A stretch of 64,000 nucleotides of DNA, from positions 1,416,321-1,480,320 of the forward strand of contig BCKQ01000004.1 of NCBI GenBank assembly GCA_001600695.1, written 5' to 3'. Source of the DNA: Ascoidea asiatica JCM 7603. Lineage: Eukaryota > Fungi > Ascomycota. This document shows, in pieces, positions 37,682 to 50,091 of this stretch; position 1 is the first letter of the stretch, and the number at the start of each line of letters is the position of its first letter. A program made the translations under genes and the position numbers. The notes under the pieces are model-generated. The model saw nothing but the letters and a program-made list of their open reading frames with translations, did not search any database and was not told the origin of the DNA.

Positions 37682-37792
37682 CTATTCATTACTTTCCATT
37701 AACTCACTTGATATATCTCCTAATAAATGAAACTGAATAAGACAACATTGAATCATTCATGCTCTGGGATTACGTGCCAAAAATCTAGTAAT
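37682..37792 (-). pseudogene. Relic of a third multicopper oxidase gene (C-terminal copper motif region)
   Basis: Translates ITRFLARNPRA*MIQCCLIQFHLLGDISSELMESNE*, which aligns to [35 protein letters not shown] of 5103..7094. Confidence 0.85.
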
Positions 37793-38116
37793 CGTTAATT
37801 TCATTTGATTCAATTTCAAGCTCAATTATAATATTACTGACATTCAATTTGCGATCTTAAATTATATCAAGTAACAATAGTGTATTTTAATTCTTATATG
37901 TAGACCACTCTTTTATCTACTTTAACTATTCCTGGTTTTAAATTTAAATCAGATGGTAAAGTTTTTTTTAAATAAATTCAACATTACTTAAAAAATCTGT
38001 AGTTTTTTTATATAATATTAATAAACAAAAGTCTTTAAGTTTAAGACATGAAGAAAATTGACTAAAATTTATATTCAAATTTACCAAATCCTATTGGGCA
38101 ATTAAAAAAAAAAGAG

Positions 38117-38140
38117 TGCTAATTCTGTGGATCGAACACA

Positions 38141-38173
<33 letters not shown>

Positions 38174-38189
38174 GCTGAGCTAAATCAGC
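38117..38189 (-). tRNA. tRNA-Phe(GAA), intronless
   Basis: GCTGATTTAGCTCAGCTGGGAGAGCGTCAGACTGAAGATCTGAAGGTCCTGTGTTCGATCCACAGAATTAGCA. Confidence 0.96.
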
Positions 38190-38315
38190 GAACTATAAAA
38201 CCCATTGAGTATGGCCTTAGAATGATCCAAAAGAGTTTGATTTACGGGTGCAATTATTTTGGTTATGTCCCGTGACTGTCCCCAAAAATTTATGAGCGAA
38301 AAATTTATGTTATTA

Positions 38316-38387
38316 TCCGAGGTAGTGTAACGGTGATCATACCTCGCTTTCACCGAGGAGATCCGGGTTCGACTCCCGGCCCCGGAA
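38316..38387 (+). tRNA. tRNA-Glu(TTC)
   Basis: TCCGAGGTAGTGTAACGGTGATCATACCTCGCTTTCACCGAGGAGATCCGGGTTCGACTCCCGGCCCCGGAA; one A.C mismatch in the acceptor stem. Confidence 0.93.
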
Positions 38388-38740
38388 CAATTTATTATGT
38401 TGGTTTTTTTATTTTGTTTTTTGTTTGTTTTTGTTAATTTCAAGATATATGAAAAGTAGTTATCATATTCTATTAGTTTAAAGTATTAGTCTTTTTAAAT
38501 AATTTTAAAAGACTTGATAAATTTTGGCAATTCTATCAAAATTTCAATTCAAACTACAATTCCTTTATTATTTATAACCAGGTTTTTATTTTTATTTTTT
38601 TAATTATAAATTGTTATTGGAATCATTTTCCAACATGGATTTTATTGTGAACTGTTTGTAAAAAATTGTTTTCATTTATTTCTCACCTTCTTTAGTTCTT
38701 TTAACTTAAAGAATCAATAAATAAATCATTGGAAATATTT

Positions 38741-38821
38741 CGGATTATTTATTAGTAAAATCGGATAAATTTCGGAATAAATCGGATAAATCTTCTTCGG
38801 ACAATTTGTTTTCACGGAAAA
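38741..38821 (+). promoter_or_regulatory. Six tandem CGGANNA (Rgt1-type) sites upstream of the sugar porter
   Basis: CGGATTA 38741, CGGATAA 38762, CGGAATA 38773, CGGATAA 38783, CGGACAA 38798, CGGAAAA 38815. Confidence 0.7.
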
Positions 38822-39480
38822 TGCGCCACGTTCAAGACTGATTTAAATGCAAATGACATTACTATCTTTAGGAGCATAAAATACTGACAAGAAAAAGACC
38901 CAAGTCATTTTATTGTAAGCATCAATAATAAAACTAAGGATAGTCTGACAATTGATCTCTTTTACTCAATAAAACTGACATTAATTGTTCTTTTAAAGTG
39001 ATGTCAAGATAATATTTCTTGATTTTTTTTATATTTATCTATAATTTAATCAATATCTCTCAATATTGATATTCTCAGAGTATCATAAGAGTGAAAAAAA
39101 GTTTAATTACTACACCCAAATTAATTAGGTTTGACAAGTGGAACAATTTATGAAATAACAAATGGAGTAATTATGGAGTAACACTGGGGTATTATTAGTT
39201 ATGGAATAACTATTAAATTGGAAAAACATTGATGACATTAAATAATTATCAAAAATGTTTATATTTATTGAAAATAATATAAAAAGTCAAGGATTCTTCA
39301 ATAAAAGTTAATTAATTTCCTTTTATTATTCATATTATATATTTATCAATTATAATAATATTAATTATTTTACTATTTACTATTTATTATTTATTATTTA
39401 TTATTTATTATTTACAATTTACTATTACTTACAATTTACATTTTTAAATTCCATTACAATTACAAAAAATTCAATAACTA

Positions 39481-41088
39481 ATGGGAAAATTCATTAATTC
39501 CAAATTTTGGACAAAATTTTATTCTCCACCAGAAAAATCAAGTGAAGCTTCTTTAAAAGTTTCTATATTAGTTGGTTTATTTGCTTCATTTGGTGGTATT
39601 CTTTATGGTTATGATACTGGTTCAATATCAGGTGTAATGGCTATGGATTATGTTAAAAAAACATTTCCAAGTGATCATACAGATTTTTCATCATCTGAAC
39701 ATTCATTAATTGTTTCTATATTATCTGCAGGTACATTTTTTGGATCATTATTAGCACCATTATTTGCAGATACTTTAGGTCGTAGATGGACCTTAATTCT
39801 TTCATCATTTTTTATTTTTAATCTTGGTGTTATTTTACAAACTGCTTCAACATCAATTTCATTATTAGCTGCAGGTAGAGCAATTGCAGGTTTAGGTTTA
39901 GGTTTTATTTCTGCTACAATTCCATTATATCAATCAGAAACAGTTCCAAAATCAGTTCGTGGTGCAATTGTTTCATGTTATCAATTTGCTATAACTATTG
40001 GTATTTTTTTAGCTGCATGTGTTGAAAAAGGTACACAAAATAAAAATAATTCTGGATCATATAGAATTCCAATTGGTTTACAATTTTTATGGTCATTAAT
40101 TTTAGGTATTGGAATGATTTTTTTACCAGATACTCCAAGATTTTGGATTCATAAAGGTAATGAAGAAGAATCTAAAAAATCACTTTCAAGATTAAGAGAA
40201 TTACCTTTAGGTCATAAAGAAATTGAAGAAGAATATGATGAAATTAAAGCAAATTATGATTATGAATGTTCTTTTGGTAATTCAACATGGATTGATTGTT
40301 TTAAGAAATCAAATAGTCAATTAAAAAGACTTATTACAGGTACATCATTACAAATGTTTCAACAATTAACAGGTATAAATTTTATATTTTATTATGGTAC
40401 AACATTTTTTGGTAATGCAGGTATTAAAAATGCATTTACAGTTAGTGTTATTACAAATGTTGTTAATATGATTATGACAATTCCAGGTATTTATTTAATT
40501 GAAGTTGTTGGTAGAAGACCATTATTAATTTGGGGAGCAATTGGTATGTCAATTGCAGATCTTATTATTGCAATTGTTGGTGAATGTGCAAATTCAGGAC
40601 CTGCAAATAATTGTTTAATTGCATTTGCATGTATTTTTATAGCATTTTTTGCATCAACTTGGGGACCAGTATCTTGGGTTATTGTCGGAGAACTTTATCC
40701 ATTAAGAACAAGAGCAAAATCAGTTTCAATGGCAACAGCATCAAATTGGTTATGGAATTTTGGTATTGCATATGCTACACCATATATGATTGATTCTGGT
40801 AAAGGTAATGCAGATTTAGGAACAAGAGTTTATTTCATTTGGGGAGGATGTAATGTTTTATGTGTTTTATTTGCATATTTAACAATTTATGAAACTAAAA
40901 ATATGACATTAGAAGATGTTGATGTGATGTATGATGAATATAAATATGCATGGCAATCATCAAATTTTAAACCAAGTTTAGAAAAAACTCAACAAATTAA
41001 TAAAGATCATGCAGATGAATTAGCCAAATATAATTCTAATTTAAAAGTTGAAACATCAAATGATTCAAATATTGGTGATAGTTTCTAA
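39481..41088 (+). CDS. MFS sugar porter, paralogue of 688..2268, 535 aa
   Basis: Same sugar-porter motifs; colinear and highly similar to the first copy. Confidence 0.95.
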   Translation: MGKFINSKFWTKFYSPPEKSSEASLKVSILVGLFASFGGILYGYDTGSISGVMAMDYVKKTFPSDHTDFSSSEHSLIVSILSAGTFFGSLLAPLFADTLGRRWTLILSSFFIFNLGVILQTASTSISLLAAGRAIAGLGLGFISATIPLYQSETVPKSVRGAIVSCYQFAITIGIFLAACVEKGTQNKNNSGSYRIPIGLQFLWSLILGIGMIFLPDTPRFWIHKGNEEESKKSLSRLRELPLGHKEIEEEYDEIKANYDYECSFGNSTWIDCFKKSNSQLKRLITGTSLQMFQQLTGINFIFYYGTTFFGNAGIKNAFTVSVITNVVNMIMTIPGIYLIEVVGRRPLLIWGAIGMSIADLIIAIVGECANSGPANNCLIAFACIFIAFFASTWGPVSWVIVGELYPLRTRAKSVSMATASNWLWNFGIAYATPYMIDSGKGNADLGTRVYFIWGGCNVLCVLFAYLTIYETKNMTLEDVDVMYDEYKYAWQSSNFKPSLEKTQQINKDHADELAKYNSNLKVETSNDSNIGDSF

Positions 41089-41412
41089 TAATATCACTAA
41101 AGATATCAATTTACCATTCAATTCTATTATTTTTTTTTTTTTTTTTCTTTCATTATTTATATTACTTTTCATTATTTGCATTTATTTATTTAGTTCTTAA
41201 CGACTTTTTGTTTCGCTTGTTCTTTTTTTCTTCATGATGATATATTTTACATAGAATTTCAATAGATTTTTTATTTAAGTATTTAATTTTCAATTATAAA
41301 ACAGTAAAAAAGAAGCTTGAAAGCAAAATAAGATAAATATTAGACAATTATTTATTGCAAATAAAAATATATAAAGTATACCGTATAGTGTACCGTATAT
41401 ACTAAAAAGATA

Positions 41413-41483
41413 TGCGTAAGCCCGGAATTGAACCGGGGGCCCGACGATGGCAACGTCGAATTTTACCACTAAACCACTTACGC
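41413..41483 (-). tRNA. tRNA-Gly(GCC)
   Basis: Identical to 4313..4383 on the opposite strand. Confidence 0.97.
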
Positions 41484-41730
41484 TTTGCTGTACAACTGAA
41501 ATTCTTTGTTTCTCTAGGTAAAACAAGCAGTGAGTAATTCTGCTTACAGTGTGCAACACTTTGATTTACGTTACCACCCAGTTTCTTTACAAAGTGAAAA
41601 TGTAGCAAATCAGAAGATTAACTGTTTGTGAATCCATGATTACGGTTCTCTTTGTATCAGTTGTATCATTTTTCTTAGTGTAATCAATTACTATCCTCAA
41701 AATGATTGAGGATAACAAGCGCAACAAACT

Positions 41731-41813
41731 GGAGGGTTGGCCGAGTGGTCTAAGGCGGTAGACTTAAGATCTACTGGGAAATTCCTGCGCGAGTTCGAAC
41801 CTCGCATCCTTCA
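41731..41813 (+). tRNA. tRNA-Leu(TAA)
   Basis: Leu(TAA) body; variable arm variant GGGAAATTCCT. Confidence 0.96.
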
Positions 41814-43297
41814 TCTTTCTTTATTATTTTTTTGTCTTTTAAATGTATATTTTTATTTAACTTGTTGGTGATCGTTCAAAGAAGCATTAAGTTAATGGAA
41901 TCATTTTAATTGCTTTTGATATATTCAATGTTTGGTAGCCAATTCTTTGACCAATTTGGCGAAGTTAACTTCGATCAAACTAAAAAACTAAGCAGTATGA
42001 TATTGAGAAATGCTACAGTTGGAAATCTCTTGAATCCAATTCAGTGAAGTACAGATTTTTGAGATGAATCAATAATCAAATATTTATTAAACGTTATATA
42101 TAATTTCTCAAATACTTTTTCTAATAAAAACCTAAAAAGACGAATTGAAAGATAACAAAAATTGACAAAAAGAAAATAAAAATAGTAGATGATAAAAATT
42201 AGATAAAAAAAAACGTATATATAATAACTAAATAATGTTTTTAAATGAGAAAAATAGAAAAAAAAATGAACTCGAATAAAAATAGAGAAAAAAATAAATG
42301 AATAAATGATAATTGACTAATAATATATTCAATTGAAATAAGTATTTTGCCAAACTTATGTGGAATCCTTTTTTTTGTAGTTCTTCATTCACTGGAATAA
42401 TTTAATGGTTTTTGTATCTTTATCAGTTCTAATAGTTCTTTTGGAATTTATTGCAATTCAACAAAATTCGAAAAGGTGTTAGTTTTTCAGGAAAAAAATT
42501 AAAGTAAAAGATTTCTTGAATGAAATAATAATTTAATAAATTTCTAATAAAATGAAAATGTATGAAAATGTATGAAATTGTATGAAATTGTATGAAAATA
42601 TCAAAATATAACAATTTACTTTTTGTAGAAAATCGCATTTGATAAAGAAAAGTAAATAATTAAATAAATCAGTAAAGCTATTCAACTAATAAAATCAGTT
42701 AAAAATCTTGAAATTAAATAAAAATTGAATATATGAAAAACAAAACAAAAATTAACAAACATAATAAATGAAAACTTAAATTAATAATAAAACTTGAAAA
42801 TTTTTACAAAAAAGGTAAAATAAATGAAATATGAGAAAAAAAAGATGAATAAACGAAAAAAAAAAAAAAAAAATGTTTCTAACAACATAATAAATAAATG
42901 GCAAATGTTCCACTGAAATACAGAAACATTTGATACTTTTCAACCAATTTCCATGAACTTCAACAAAATTAAACTATGCAAGAAATGAACTATGAAGAAA
43001 TATTACCAGTTTAACAACAAAAAATTATGACAATAAGATTAAACTTATTTAAATGTATTATAGTCAATTTTCATTTACTCTTTTGAAATTTATTCATTTT
43101 ATCAGATCTTTTATCAATGATTAAAAAAATTCTTTAAAATAATTTCAAAAAGCAAAATAAAAACAAAGATAAATATAAATATAAAAATGCAAACAAAAAC
43201 AAATAATTGAACTCTCTGACCTTAGAATTTGTCAATTAAATTCATGTATACAAAAGCACAATCATTAGAAAAAAAATAACTCCTTTATAATTTACCT

Positions 43298-46188
43298 TTA
43301 AAAGAAAAGAGTATTACAACGAGAGCTTTCATGAATTGGCATTTCTGCTTTAACCGCATTTAATTCTTCCCTTATCTGTTGAGCTAATAGAGGAGTTAAT
43401 TGATTACATGTTGCTATTTCTGGATGTCTATCATATTCATCTCCATTATAAGTTTCATATAGAATAATCCTAGAAGAAAATTTAACACTTCCATTAGGAA
43501 ATTTTCTTCTTGAATTTAATGAGGTTCCTGAAAAAGATTGCGGCAAAAATTGTAAATTTCCTCCATATGATTTATTTGGAGGAGCAACAGGTACAAAATT
43601 TCTATATCTCTCTTCATTTGAATATGAAGATGTATTATCTGAATTTTCATAAGGATAATTATAATTTCTATTAAATGAGTCTTCAGAAGTATTACGAACA
43701 TGAAGTTGTCCTTCATTGAATGCAGGAGCCTTGAGACCTTGATATTGTGAATTGTCTCTAGACAGATTAATATCTTCTTGAGGAGGAATAAAACTTCTTG
43801 AAGGTTCATGTTCACTAGAAGAAAATTGTTGTTTATCAAGCGCTGATGATGGGGCAGTTAATGTTCCATCAGAAGCAGTACTAATGTCTGCATTAATAGG
43901 CTCGGGTCTAACATTATTTTGGGCATTATTATTAGAAATGTTCTTAATTGGAGAGCGCTGACTTGGTACGGAAGCTGAGGTACTTGATATTTGTGGAGAT
44001 GGAATTGGGGAAAACTCAAGATTTAAACTTGAATTATCAAAATCAATGTCAGGTATTTCAATTAACCCATTATTTGAATTAGTCGAACTTAAACTTTTAT
44101 TATGCTTTTTATAATCATCATTAGCAATATGTTTGTTTTGTTGTTTGGAAGGCTTTTTATCTGTTGTTTGATTATTTCCTGAAACGGTTTTATTACCATT
44201 AGTAAAAGAGGCTAATTTGTCTTCTGCAATAACATCCTTTTTCTTATTTAATGTAGATCTTCTTTCAACAGTATAATCATTCATATTCAAATGTAATTGC
44301 TGATCATCATCTTCTTCTGTTTCATGAATGGATTGATGAAATGATGAAACAGATGGTTTATTTTTCAAAATACTATTAGTTCTTCTAGGTAATACAGGAG
44401 GTTCATTAACTTCCTTTCCACCAATTTCAACTATCATTCCGCTTTCTTTTGCTTTAACTTCAAGAGATTCTCTCTTACTTTTTCTACTCATCATAGAATC
44501 ATTTCTGTGATGATTCTTAACAGATCTAACAGATCTTTTTCTTTCTATTGAAACTATAGATTCAACTTCATGAACGTCTAAAGATTTAGGGAATAAAACT
44601 TCGCCATTATCATAATCATCAACAGGACTTTGAATTTCAGATTCTGTTGAAGAAAATGAAAGTCTATCATCATCATCTTCATCCTTTTCAACAATTTGAT
44701 TGGGGTTCTTAGATCTGGATTTTTGCATTTCATGATGTTTTTGAATTTTCTTTTCACCTTTTTTATTTTTTTCCTTTTCAGATAAAGTAGGAGAAGCAGG
44801 AGAGGTAGATATTGTTGGAGGTATACCTTTATAACCAGAAACTTTTGAACGAGGAGATGATTTAGTTGAAGAAGCTTTAGATGAAGCTTTAGAGGAATCC
44901 TTTGAAGAATTTTTAGAATTTGAATTATTGTCAAGATTAGGATTTAAAGACCTAGGTGTGATAGACATATCATTATCAAGTAATTCATTTGAATAATGAA
45001 CTTCGTCTCTTAATTTTGAAGGAATTAAATGAGATTCATTTGAACTAGAAGGTTGATGATGAGTAGTAAGATTTGAATCGTTATCAAAGCTAAGATTATG
45101 AATATTAGTAGAGCTATTATTACTATTAGTATAATTATTACTATTATTACCATAATTATATAAATCAGGGGTTGAATAATTATTTGTAGAATAATAATTA
45201 TCATTATTTGTAACTTCATGTAAATTTGAAGAACTCATTTTTCTTCTAAAAGATTTAAAAAATCCCCCACCATTTGAAGAAGAATTAGTACTTGGTAAAC
45301 CGTTACTACTTGAAGAAGAATTTTTTCTAAAAAATCTATTTTGAGTGGTTTTATGTAAAATAAAAGAAATTGAAGTTCTTGTAGTCATATTTGAATGTAA
45401 AGATTCATTATCATTATCAGTACGATCATAAATATGATCTAAACTAGTTGTATTTGAACTTGCATTATCATTTAAAATTGATTCTGAATATTCATTATTG
45501 ATATTTTTTTTATGAATAAGATGTTCGATATTTGAAGAAGATGCAGATCTTCTACCTTTAAAAAAAGAAATAATTGAATTTCTATGAGATTTTTTAGTTG
45601 GATTTGAACTTAAATTAATTGAAGAAGCAGAAGATTTTAATTTTGAAGTTGTAAATAAAGATTGTGAAGAGAGTTTTCTATTTAAACCAAAATGACCTTG
45701 AGAAGAGTTATTTCTACTTGATTGAGGATATTGATTATTATTATAATTGATTGAATTAGTTTGAATTGACATATTTGTTGAAGTTGAATTTGAATTAACA
45801 TTATGTAAGTTATTATTATTATTATTATCTATATTTTCCTGTTTATTATCATAATTACTATTATTATTACTATAATTATTGATATTATTGTTTTTATTAT
45901 TGTTATTGTTATTAAAATTATTATTATTATAATTATTAACACTTTCATTGATTAAATTTTCAGTAATTTTATTACGTAATTTATCTTTTGATTTTAATTT
46001 CATTGAGTTATCTACTATATCATTATTTATATTTGAATCAGAATGTTTAGATAAAGTTTTTGGTTTATTTCTTAATTTTGATTTAGATTTAGATTTTGAT
46101 TTAGATCTAGATTTCTTTTCTTTTTCTTTTTCCTTATCTTTTTCTTTTTGATCCAAATCTTGTTTATTGTTATCTTTATCTTTAGTTA

Positions 46189-46228
<40 letters not shown>

Positions 46229-46635
46229 TGAGATTGAAATTGAAGAGAATTTTGAAGATTTTGAAAAAGCGGATAATTTAGTTGATTTAGATCTTTTAAT
46301 ATTATTATCATTTGAGAAAGAATTTAAATTGGATAAAGAAACAGATTTTGATTTAATATGATTATTCTTTTTATTAAAATTATTAATATTATTTTTACTT
46401 TTATTAATTTGAGTGGAAGTATTAATTGATTGATTTGAGATTGAATTTGAAAAAGAATTTGAATTTGATCTTGTATGAGATTTAAATTTAGAATTATTAG
46501 ATTGATTTTGAGGTATTGATTTAGATGGTAATTGATTAATATTTGTAGAAGAGTTAGTTTTTTTATAATTGAAACCTATAAATGATTTTCTATTATCTTT
46601 GTTGTCTTTATTATCATCAATATCTTTGTTATTGC

Positions 46636-46713
<78 letters not shown>

Positions 46714-47296
46714 CTTTATTCTTATTTACATGATTATTAATATTATTTGAAGATAATACTGGATTATTTGTTGTTGGAGAAGCTATAGTTGGAGTAGATA
46801 TTGAATTATTAATAATTTTTTTTTTAACTGGGGATGGAGTAACCATATTAAAATCTTCATTAAATTCTTCAAAATCTTCATCAGTATTAATATTAGATAT
46901 ATTATCATTTATGTTATTACTTATTTTATCATTTGTATTATTATTTATATTATCATTTATAGTATTATTTATCTTTTTATTTATTTTATTGTTATTTATC
47001 TTATTATTTATATCAGCGCTTGTATTAATATTTATATTTGTATTTGTATTTATATTTGTATTTGTATTTGATTTTGTATTTGTATTCAAATGAGGATCAT
47101 AATGAGGATCAATTGGAGATTGATTTATTATACTGTTAAAGTCATCATCATCATCATCGTCTTCATCATCAGAAGTAAGGTTATTGATTGTTATATTATT
47201 GATATTTTTATTTGTAATTTTATTATTTGTATTATTATTAGTGAGATTTTTATTATTTGGATTAATAATTTGAAATTGAGAAGAAATTGTAGCCAT
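43298..47296 (-). CDS. BNI4: Bud-neck PP1 (Glc7)-targeting protein, mostly Asn/Ser-rich disordered, 1332 aa
   Basis: C-terminal SVKFSSRIILYETY..EYDR...TCNQLTPLLAQQIREELN..K.EM.IHESSR is the Bni4/Phactr-type PP1-binding domain. Confidence 0.82.
46637..46712 (-). repeat. (AAT)n microsatellite encoding poly-Asn in BNI4
   Basis: Pure TTA run of about 25 units on the + strand. Confidence 0.95.
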
Positions 47297-48762
47297 TTTG
47301 ATCTAATTTTTATTTGATTTGATTTAATTTGATTTGATTTTGAGTATTAATGAATTGATATGATAAGATGAGATGAATAAAAGATACAAAGAAAGAAAAA
47401 AAGAAAGAGTTATATAATTGAATATTGTAGATAATAAATACTAGCGGAGATTGATTATATAAATCGAATAAAAGGAAGATAATGAAATTATATTGACAAT
47501 AAGAGAATATAAGACATAGATGGTAGGTATTAAAGGATAGATGAGTAAAAAGCAATGGCGATTGTGATGATTGTGTTGAAAATGAAGTATTTTGAGGATT
47601 TTGAGGAGGTTTGGAAAATAGCAGATGGATTTACAGCTCTGTTGTTATTTAGAAAAGTAACGAAAGAGAACGAAAGAGAAAAGAATGAAACATAAAACAC
47701 CGGTGGAAAATGTTCTGGTGACTGTTGGCTTTCTTATATAATTAGTATTCTATAATACTTTATGGTATATTTATTATATTGTGTTCTATTCTATTATATT
47801 ATATTCTATTCTATTCTATTCTATTTTTTTATTGTGAAATATATTGAATAGTATATTTAGTAGTATATTGGATAATATATTTGATAATGGAGCTGATATT
47901 CTTGGTTTGCTACTTGATTATATTTTGTTGTAATTCACAGCAGTACTTCAGTTGGATATTTAGTATGAGTCTGCTCTGTTTCAGCAGTTTTAGAATTCTT
48001 CACTGCTGTGTTTGTATTTTGATCTTTTCTTCCTTCTTCAGTTTTTCTCGTGAATTTTCCACTTTCCACTTTCGCTTCCACTTCCACCGTGCGTTTTCCA
48101 GAGCCAAACGGGAATCTGAACAGCACCCATCTCGAGCCGTGGCGGTGGAGTTCCCCATTCTGCCAGGTGGCACCCGGATGTGGCAGTGCAAGGTGTGGTT
48201 TAGCTCTGCGTGCCTGACGGAAGCCTCCCGGATCACCCACACACCTGCATCCGGTCCACGGCGCGACGCCCGCTGCCCAGATCTAGACTTCAAAACACGA
48301 GAACCTGATGCTTTCCACCAATCAAATGCCTTCTCTAAACTCCTTCCAGTTAGTTGACAGGACAACAAATTTCACCGGTAACCACAGAAATGGGATTTTA
48401 GACTAATTTTAAACTACTTTTAAATTAATTTTAAACTAATTTCAAACTAACTTTGATCTGAGCTGCTAATGTTAAGTCAGGAGAAGCAGAAATGTACTGC
48501 CACCGGTATACACCTTCTACTAACTATGTGCACCGTACTATTTATATTTATTTATATTTATTTATATTTATTTATTTTTATTTATATTTATTGATGTTTA
48601 TTGATGTTTATTTATTCATATTTATATTTAGTTTTCCACTTTTCTGCCTCACTTTCCTTAACTGGCACGTGAGTGAGTCTGAAGTAAATACAGGGTTCAT
48701 ACAGGGGTCTAGCATAGGGGGTCTGTCTGCGAGGTTTTCAAAGGAGGTCTACATGAACATAT

Positions 48763-49067
48763 CCCTTTAATCCCAATTTTTGTGCTTTTTGTCGTAAAGC
48801 AATTTAACAGCTAAACGAGGCACGTGAGTACCAAACACTGTAGGTATTTACAATTTGTCTACAAAAACTAAACGGGATCTTAGAAAGACCACGTGCTTTA
48901 AAGTAAACTACTTGAGTAAACAGTATTACTACATCCCTACTTAATGCGGGATTAATGTTATAACTTATTTTTAATAAATATTTCAATTTTTTCTACACAG
49001 GTTTACACGTGCTCGTAAAGCCCAAAATTGCTTTACGACAAAAAGCACAAAAATTGGGATTAAAGGG
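48763..49067. mobile_element. 305-bp non-autonomous piggyBac-type MITE; 43-bp perfect TIRs; ATAT target-site duplication
   Basis: CCCTTTAATCCCAATTTTTGTGCTTTTTGTCGTAAAGCAATTT at 48763..48805 and its exact reverse complement at 49025..49067; ATAT on both sides (48759..48762, 49068..49071); related TIR at 61863 next to a piggyBac transposase relic. Confidence 0.9.
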
Positions 49068-49167
49068 ATATACTCAACTTAAAACATTAATCATTTCAAT
49101 CATTTCTCATTTCTATTCATTCACTTATTATAAAACAATAAAACCAATCTAAATCTAATCTATTCAA

Positions 49168-50035
49168 TCAGTTATTCGAGAATATTGAACTAACTATTAT
49201 CTTTCGTTTACCTCTATTACTATTATTATTATTATTATTGTTATTACTACCATTAGTATCATTATTAGAATCATTAGTGCTATTATAATTTATTTTCTTT
49301 CCATTTTTTTCTTTAATCATATTATTATGTGAAATTTTCCTTCTTTTATCAATTGAATCTTTATAATTCCTTATCATTAATTTACTTTCTTTGCTTCTAT
49401 TTATTGTATCTTCTTTATTAACCATATTACTTTTATTATCTTTGATTCTTTTTGAATTTAAATCATTCATTTCTCGTTGTCTCTTTATTCCAGAAATCCT
49501 TTCTTTCATATTATTATTTTCATTATTAAGAAATATAGATGATGTTATAACTTTACTTTTATTTTCACATTCATTCTTTATTCTTTTTTTTCTTCTATTA
49601 TCAATAACATTATTATTTCTCACTTTATTATTTTCAACTTTCTTTAAAACTTTATCAATACAATTTTCTTTTTTTTCTAATCTATTGAAATTGCTTATAT
49701 CATTTACTTTATTATTTAAATTTCTTGAAATCTTTCTCATAATATTTGATTTATAATTACTTCCATTATTTCCATTACTTCCATTATTATAATTATAATT
49801 ATAATTAAAATACATATTTTTTGGTTGAATAATTTCAATAACTTTTAATTTTTCTTTTTCTTTGATCTCTTGAAATTTTTTCAAATTTTCTTTAGCAATT
49901 ATTCTTTTTTCATTTAATTTATTTGAATATTTTTTATAAAATTTAAAAAAAAAATCTATTTTCATTTTCTTTTTATCTAATTTAAATAATTTTATACTCT
50001 CTTGAAGTTTTAAACTAAATCTTTCATTATCATTA

Positions 50036-50091
<56 letters not shown>

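Noticed and set aside
47881-48368. Overlapping 101-158 aa ORFs (likewise 2679..3358 and 28448..28786)
   Set aside because: They fall in GC-rich promoter islands, are open on both strands, often start at non-ATG codons and lack host codon bias or motifs.
48760-49070. Reading the MITE as a Tc1/mariner-type element with TA duplication and TCCC ends
   Set aside because: Formally possible, but all three termini in the window have the full ATAT flank, CCC ends are piggyBac-typical, and the related terminus adjoins a piggyBac transposase.
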